Below, in pieces: positions 57,570 to 64,000 of a DNA stretch of 64,000 nt; the first letter of the stretch is position 1; the number at the start of each line of letters is the position of its first letter. The position numbers and the translations under genes were made by a program. This DNA is from Antedon mediterranea. Its lineage: Eukaryota; Animalia; Echinodermata. The stretch is taken from the NCBI RefSeq assembly GCF_964355755.1, contig NC_092676.1, forward strand, positions 23,454,871 through 23,518,870, given 5' to 3'. The notes below the pieces were generated by a model, which had not been told where the DNA came from, made no database searches, and saw nothing but the letters and a program-made list of their open reading frames with translations.

Positions 57570-60500
57570 ATGTCGAGCTTTGAGAAGGTATGGTTAAAAA
57601 CTGTGATTGTTTTACTGGCTTATTCATCATAAGTTATGTTCTTTAACAATAAAATATGAAGTCACTGCATGCTAAATATATTATTACGTTAGGTAGTCTT
57701 GTAAATATTTACCAAACTTGTACAGATGACTAAAAATATTACAGAAAATGCACAGGCTTATTCACTCGAGTTGTCGGGAGTGTGACTCGAGACAAACCGG
57801 CCAGAGAAGAAAAGCATGTGCTGTGTGGCATGGCCGAAACTGAACCTGCCTTGACCTAACTCTAAGCCTAGCTAACGAAAGTCCATTGAAATGTGATTGG
57901 TTGTATGTTGTGCATTTGGATTTATTTATTTTATTATTAAATTCTGCTAAAGTTATGCTTTTTTATATAAAAAAGAAAGTTATAGGCCTAGCTAGGTAGG
58001 CCTAAATTATAATAAATCTTGAAAATATAAAGCCCCTTTTTAAAATTGTTAATTTTTTCGCAGATAAGCCTATTAAAAGAGTTTTTTTACTTTTTACTAG
58101 CCTTGTGAAGTACTCTGCCTCTCTGTAGGCCTAGGCCAAGCTTAGAGTAGCCTATATTTTATTTTCTTATTTCAGTAGGCCGATTGTAATTTGTGGTATG
58201 TCAATGATGCTTTACCTACATTGTATGATATTTAATGATCATAAAATACATTTTCCTGAGACATCACCACGTTACCACACAGTCACATATTTGTCCTTTC
58301 TCTGTGTAGGCCTAATTTCAACGTTTATCATTTATGATTTAACATTTTATTTCTTGCAGGTGATCATTATTGATGGTAGAGGGCACCTTCTGGGTCGCCT
58401 GGCTACCATCGTTGCCAAAAACATTCTTCAAGGTATGATTTTATGATAGAATTATTTCCTTCAAGAAGTTTGTTTCTAAAAAAATAATTTTTCAGTGATG
58501 ATGGATAACTGCTGAATCAGTTTTGAAGAAAAACCCTTTACATGCACTACCATCTGAGAAAAAAACAAACTTTTGTCCAACGGGGAACATTTTCGCCAAT
58601 GTAGCACGTCACCGAAGAACCCCTGCAATGATGAACCACACCGAACCCTATTGAACCAAATCCAACAATTACCCCAATGAGCGAAATCATGCAGTTTATG
58701 ATGGGCCAGTTACAAGATCAGGCCCTCTTCTATAAATGGCTTCATGGACTAATTATCGCTAACTTTGCTGGGTAGATCACCAACTTATCCGGATAAATAA
58801 ATAACATTCTCATCAAGTAGTAAATCTATATCATGTTCTTGTTGCACTATTTTCCATAGGTCAAAGGATCGTAGTGGTAAGATGTGAAGGTATCAACATT
58901 TCTGGAAGTTTCTACAGAAACAAATGTAAGTTTACAAATAATTTTAAAATAATATAATTAAATTCTCTCTTTTCTGACAAAAAGAAACAAACGTTTAGTA
59001 ATATGTCTATGATGTTTTACCTACATTGTTTGATTTCATGAAAAAAACATTCAATTTCTGAGACATTTACATACAAATGATTTTGACTGAAATTTATAGT
59101 TAATAGTTATCAGTTCTTGACTAATGTTCTTAAAAGTCGAAAGTTAGTAATGTGTACTGTATGTATTATTAATTTTCGATAGTGAAGTATCTTGATTTTC
59201 TGCGTAAACGATGTAACACAAAGCCTTCCCGTGGCCCGTACCATCTTAGGGCACCGAGCAAGATGTTCTGGAGAGTAGTCAGAGGTAAAGTTAATGATTT
59301 CAACGATTTTTTACTATTTATGACATTCATAGAAACCACATCAATGATGAATTCTTTTCTTCTGGATATTCTGTGACAGTTTTTGACATTTGAAATCTGA
59401 GATGTGTGTGTGTTGCCATGGACATAAGAGTTAAATCCTGATGTAGCAAGTGCCCTTTGCGCTTTCAATGTTCCGCAGTTCTATGTGATAGTATTGACGC
59501 TGCTAGACAAACACATTTTGTTTTTGCAAAAAAACACATAATGTGGTCTAGTACTACCCGTAAATACCAAATGAAAAATATGTGGCTGTCCATGAGATTT
59601 CTTTTCACCTGTTTAGTGTATGGACCATGTGCAATAGTACATGCCTGTTCCAATTCAAAACTGTAGGGACAGTTATATCTCCCACACAGCATTCATTATG
59701 TTAATTAATTAATTGTATGCTTATTTTATATCAGGTATGCTCCCACACAAGCTAGCCCGTGGAAAGGAAGCTTTAGAGAAACTGAAGGTGTTTGAAGGCA
59801 TTCCACCTCCATACGACAAGAAAAAGAGAATGGTTATACCTGCCGCTCTTAAAGTACTCAAACTTAAGCCCAACAGAAAGGTTAGTATGGCAGTTGTATT
59901 TCCAAGCCTAGAGTACTAAATATTATTGTATATTTTAAGGTTTATGAACGTAGTTTGAGCAAGGTGATCATGAATAATTTCAAGGGATCTACTTGCAACA
60001 TATAAAAATTAATAGAGTTTTTGTACACTATCTACATGTCGATGATGGCTTATTCAGCGGAATGAAACATATGTGATTCTAAAATTAAACTACTGAGACA
60101 TGTTTTCCCATTCAAGATAATGATTAGCTTTTTAGGGATCCACTCATCAATACATTTTTATTTAAAAATTAAATTCCCTGGAATGTGAATTTCTAAGTAC
60201 CTTGTTCAAATGTGCAAATATGGTATATTTATCTTTATGTAATTTCTTAAAGATTTTGTATTTGATGGTTTTAGTTTTGTGATCTCGGACGTCTCGGCCA
60301 CGAAGTTGGATGGAAGTACAAGGATGTTGTAGAAACGTTGGAGACAAAACGTAAAGCGAGGGCGCAAATCCGATATGAGAGGAAAAAGAAGTTGCAGGTG
60401 TGTTGACATTGAAATTTGATATTCAGATTTAGTATTGGGTATACTCTATACTATACTTAAAGCTTTTGACAGTGTATACCATATCTTCCTTTTGTATTAT

Positions 60501-61039
60501 ATTTTCTATATTCTAGTACCAATGATCGTATTTCAGTGGTGAATTTCTAATTTCAATGTATAAGGTCTGAACTTGATTTGTTTGGACTTATTTTTCTCCT
60601 TCCCATGACATATTATGTTTTAATCATGTTTATAAAGTTTATAACCTGTTTTTTGGTAGAAAAAAGAAAGAAACTGGGTGCCCAAAACTGCAACATTCCA
60701 GTAGCCCTTTTAATAACTTTTTGTTTGCGTCTGTGATGATATGTAACTCTCTGATCATCAATAAATGAGAGAAAACAATTTACATGCACTACCATCTGAG
60801 ACAAAATGCAAATGAGCAAAATGTTATACGACTTATTATACTATTATTCAATAGTGTACGTGTGCATATTATATGTACAAATGTTATGACCTTGCATAAT
60901 GAGTGTTGAAAATATTAACTTAATATATAAAAAATTCTTGTATTACATCTTGCAGAGCATCCGAAAACAAGCTGCTGAAAATGTGATGTCCCAGATCTCA
61001 GAACAACAGAAATTCATTGAATCTTGCGGCTACCGTTAA
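57570..61039 (+). CDS. RPL13A: 60S ribosomal protein L13a (uL13)
   Basis: Exons 57570-57587, 58360-58432, 58860-58925, 59183-59284, 59735-59880, 60275-60397 and 60956-61039. Total 612 nt = 203 aa. [55 protein letters not shown] and [12 protein letters not shown]. Confidence 0.97.
58198..58264 (+). ncRNA. SNORD34: C/D box snoRNA, SNORD34 (U34)-like, RPL13A intron 1
   Basis: Terminal stem atgtc/gacat, C box ATGATGc, guide TTACCTACATTGT before D' ATGA, C' ATGATCA and D CTGA. The guide is complementary to 28S ACAAUGUAGGUAA, the vertebrate U34 target. Confidence 0.85.
58489..58562 (+). ncRNA. SNORD33: C/D box snoRNA, SNORD33 (U33)-like, RPL13A intron 2
   Basis: Stem ttttc/gaaaa, C box GTGATGA and CATGCACTACCAT-CTGA, matching the recalled U33 D-guide (18S GGUGGUGCAUG, human Um1326). 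Confidence 0.88.
59003..59066 (+). ncRNA. SNORD34: C/D box snoRNA, SNORD34-like, RPL13A intron 3
   Basis: Stem atgtc/gacat, C box ATGATGt, TTACCTACATTGT-TTGA (D') and D CTGA. Confidence 0.86.
59337..59406 (+). ncRNA. C/D box snoRNA, unassigned family, RPL13A intron 4
   Basis: 6-bp terminal stem cacatc/gatgtg, perfect C box ATGATGA and D box CTGA. The D-adjacent GACATTTGAAA may pair with invertebrate 18S UUUCAAAUGUC. Confidence 0.72.
60034..60103 (+). ncRNA. C/D box snoRNA, unassigned family, RPL13A intron 5
   Basis: 7-bp terminal stem acatgtc/gacatgt, C box ATGATGg, D' ATGA, C'-like GTGATT and D CTGA. The D' guide ATTCAGCGG may pair with the 28S 5' region CCGCUGAAU. Confidence 0.72.
60729..60802 (+). 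ncRNA. SNORD33: C/D box snoRNA, SNORD33-like, RPL13A intron 6
   Basis: gtc/gac stem, GTGATGA, internal CTGA (D') and CATGCACTACCAT-CTGA. Confidence 0.87.
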
Positions 61040-61123
61040 TATTTAAAAAGAAACTTTATAAAATCTGCAGGTACTTGTTAATATTTAAAAAGAAACTTTA
61101 TAAAATCTGCAGGTACTTGTTAA
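61035..61123 (+). repeat. Exact 42-bp tandem duplication spanning the RPL13A stop and a splice-donor-like site
   Basis: gttaatatttaaaaagaaactttataaaatctgcaggtactt occurs twice. Confidence 0.92.
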
Positions 61124-61251
61124 ATTTCCTAATTCAATTCACATTTATTTAGTCATCATTTATAATTACAATTACAGTATATCAAGAAGTTTATAATTTT
61201 AAACATTCTGTAAATAACACCTGTTGTCATTGGTATTCACTATTTAAATTT

Positions 61252-61324
61252 GTCTGTGATGATGATGGTATTCTCTGACATTCATAGATGAGAGAAACCC
61301 CTTACATGCACTACCATCTGAGAC
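61252..61324 (+). ncRNA. SNORD33: C/D box snoRNA, SNORD33-like, downstream of the RPL13A stop (putative 3'-UTR intron)
   Basis: gtc/gac stem, GTGATGA, CTGA (D') and CATGCACTACCAT-CTGA. It lies between donors at 61071/61113 and acceptors at 61863/62034. Confidence 0.85.
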
Positions 61325-61714
61325 TAAATGCCAATGTTCCATCTTGTACAATTTGTGAATATCACAGATTTCATTATTAAATTTAGTAGTTTAGCCTAAA
61401 TGCCTTGAAAAACCCTCCTGTCAAGCTCAGTCCCACTTTGATTTAATTTTTATCTAATTTTCAAAACCATTACAGTAGTTGAACTTGGGTTTTAAATGAG
61501 ATATATTATAACCCATCGTGTTCCAAATTGTACACGAGTTATATACAGAAACATCTTATTCCACCCAGGTGTAGAACTGGGTACTTAGTAAGGTCAAGAC
61601 ACAACTTTGCGTTATGGGCCCGGAGTATGTTTCCATACATGTTTGATAAAAAAAAAATTACCAGGGTAATAATATGTACAGCGTTTTACAACATTAGGAG
61701 CTTTATAAATATTA

Positions 61715-62049
61715 TTATATTATAGACTAATTAAATATGTACAATGTAGTTACCACTGGAAAGGGAATAAGGCTGTATATTATGAATGTATTCAAATTTC
61801 TATTAATGTACATGACCTTTAAAAGTTAATAAACGCTAATTCAGTAGAATATTTTTCTTGCAGAGAAACATCGACAAATAAATTTTATTATTATAGACTA
61901 ATTAAATATGTACAATGTAGCTACCACTGGAAATGGAATAATGCTGTAAATGATGAATGTTTTCTAATTTCTATTAATGTACATGACCTTTAAAAGTTAA
62001 TAAACGCTAATTCAGTAGAATATTTTTCTTGCAGAGAAACATCGACAAA
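61715..62049 (+). repeat. 171-bp tandem duplication containing a branch point and 3' splice site
   Basis: tatagactaattaaatatgtacaatgtag...gctaattcagtagaatatttttcttgcag|agaaacatcgacaaa occurs twice, at 61721 and 61892. Confidence 0.9.
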
Positions 62050-62462
62050 CTGTTACGGTTACAGATGCCAAGTTTTAATATTAATGAAGAATAGACAATA
62101 TATTTCTGGATTGTGGATCATCTTGTCTAGAATAACATTCTCAAAGGACACAACAAACAAAAGCAATTAAAAAGTCAACATCTTTGTATAATAAACCTTA
62201 CTGCAGGTTAAATATGTGTTATGGTTTTATTTTTCGTATTTGTGTTGAATTTAAAAAAAATGCTTTTATATATAGTCACTTTGTCAAAATTGAAAAAGCT
62301 TGGCCTGGCCAAAATATGCATATCAACAGTAGAACCTCTGGTACATCCCTATATTCGCATGGGGCAAAAATATATTTTAACATTAAGGTCAACACTTATT
62401 ACGGGTTATTAATATCTCCTTTGCGAAGTCTCCTGAATACTGGGACATCTCTGTTTTATTTA

Positions 62463-62640
62463 AGCGTGGTTCCCACTAGCGACGCAACGCAAGGACGTAA
62501 CGCAACGCAAGTGAATTGACCAATCACAAGCGATGGCTTATTCGCTTGTGATTGCTAACTGTCTATAACTTAGCTTGTCATTGGTTAAAACGCTTGTGTT
62601 GCGTTTACGTCCTTGCGTTACGTTCTAGTGGAACCAAGCT
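62463..62640. mobile_element. MITE family A full copy nested in a family F element
   Basis: Near-identical to 2110-2288, with tta/taa flanks. Confidence 0.85.
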
Positions 62641-63425
62641 TAAGGGGACACTTTTCCATGAATTAAATGGTGATCAGTTGTTTTTACACTATACAATACT
62701 GTATAGCTAACCCTTATCCAAGGCCTTTTGTTGGGTTCTAAAAGTGTCCAGTTAATAGGTGTACTCGGGTAACTAGTTTTGTTGATTGTTTGGAAGTTTT
62801 ATTTATTGGATTTAAAGAACAATACTGTACATCTAATGTAGAATATTTCCTATAAAGAAAATTGTGGTTGACGTTGATTTCACAACACAGTATAACGTGC
62901 TAATTGGCTGAATACAGCAGCACTTGAATATTCGATACATCTTTGCACTTTGACATCCGTTATGACGAGATCCTTTTCTATACATATCGATTTTGTTGTT
63001 TATCATTTCCCTAATTTTTGTCTCGCAAAAATTGTTCTTGTGTAGAATTCTTTGTCACAATGATAGAATGCTTATCCTCAAACTTCCTACCTTGAAACAA
63101 AAAGGAAGTGAAAATTGATTTCTAAAATACACAACAGATGTTTATGATTTTTAGAAGATTAACCCGGCTTTTTCGATGTTCGAGATCACAAGAGTTTTGA
63201 GACGGAGCAATAAGTGTAGATATATCATTTACGTAACTGGAGGATATGAAAGCTGATGGTTTATTGATTTGGTGAAGTGATAAATGTGTTGTCGGGCTGT
63301 GTCAAAGCCTTTGTGTTCAGTTCAATATTGATTTAACATTTTTCTTTACGTAATGAAAGATACAGTTCAACTAGAATGATTACTTAAACGAATGATATAG
63401 CAAGAAGAATAGAAACTCATTCAGG

Positions 63426-63725
63426 TTTTTATGGCCATACTGCGTTAAAATACCGGTTCTCATTAGATCATCAAAGTTAAGCAACATTGGGCCTGGTTGT
63501 GTTGTGGATGAAAGACCATCTGGAACTTGCGTCAGGTGGTGTATACACCGGAGAATAATGATATTATAATGCACATATAATGCGGGTTAAAGAACTTGGT
63601 ACATAATTCGAAAAGAGTAGGGGTCGTCTCTCGGTGTGCTGGCTCCCGTAGGTCCTTGGAGGACATAATCTGAATTTCCTCATATTCCAGTTAAGCTTGA
63701 GGATCAGAATAAATACCTTACCTCA
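63426..63725 (+). mobile_element. 5S rRNA-derived SINE (SINE3-type) with a Deu-like central domain
   Basis: 63426-63545 is a degenerate 5S rRNA (tatggccatactgcgttaaaataccggttctcattagatcatcaaagttaagcaacattgggcctggtt). It is followed by aagaacttggtacataattcgaaaagagtaggggtcgtctctcggtgtgctgg, which resembles the Deu-domain core, and by a tail shared with 13054-13095. Confidence 0.72.
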
Positions 63726-64000
63726 TTAGAATTAAAGTGGTAACCACTATTGTACTTAATTAGTCCCAATAAAAACAACTATTTAATCTCTTAAACAAAT
63801 TTTATTTCTTTGGCAAAATAAATTTTCAAAAAACAATTCAGAGCCAGACACAATACTTTAATCACATTCTGGTGAAGCATAAGCAATCGTATAATGTCCT
63901 CTTATAATTATTGTCTTTCTTAATTCCCTTTTTAGCTGATAAAATTCAACAGATAAGTATTCTTTTCTAGGCCCCTATAATAATGATTATATAATTTAGC

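Noticed and set aside
60514-60574. Extra C/D snoRNA in RPL13A intron 6
   Set aside because: The C box is degenerate (ATGATCg), the terminal stem is weak and no guide is recognisable.
63426-63545. Functional 5S rRNA gene
   Set aside because: Many substitutions in the internal control region and terminal stem, no T-run terminator, and it continues into a SINE-like body.

Overview
AT-rich, intron-containing animal DNA, not prokaryotic. It looks like an invertebrate deuterostome such as an echinoderm, inferred from gene content and repeat style. I reconstructed five spliced genes by hand from GT-AG boundaries. Two are tandem Popeye-domain genes on + (POPDC2/3-like, then BVES/POPDC1-like with a 14-kb intron). 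The others are BDH2/DHRS6 on - (8 exons, 245 aa), an uncharacterised two-exon coiled-coil gene on -, and RPL13A on + (7 coding exons, 203 aa, 5' TOP start). RPL13A hosts at least seven C/D-box snoRNAs: three SNORD33-like, two SNORD34-like and two unassigned. One SNORD33 copy lies downstream of the stop codon in an apparent 3'-UTR intron. A tRNA-Trp(CCA) sits head-to-head with RPL13A. The rest is dense in repeats: Harbinger-, Kolobok- and Tc1/pogo-type MITEs, a Helentron-like element next to its empty site, a 5.1-kb foldback-like element at the BDH2 promoter, LINE remnants, tRNA- and 5S-derived SINEs, and a 2.2-kb array of an 83-bp minisatellite. I see no unambiguous new biological system. The best leads are the RPL13A 3'-UTR snoRNA intron with duplicated splice donors straddling the NMD threshold, the two unassigned guide snoRNAs, the 5S-headed Deu-domain SINE and the conserved Popdc tandem. 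Family assignments come from recalled sequences; no database search was run.
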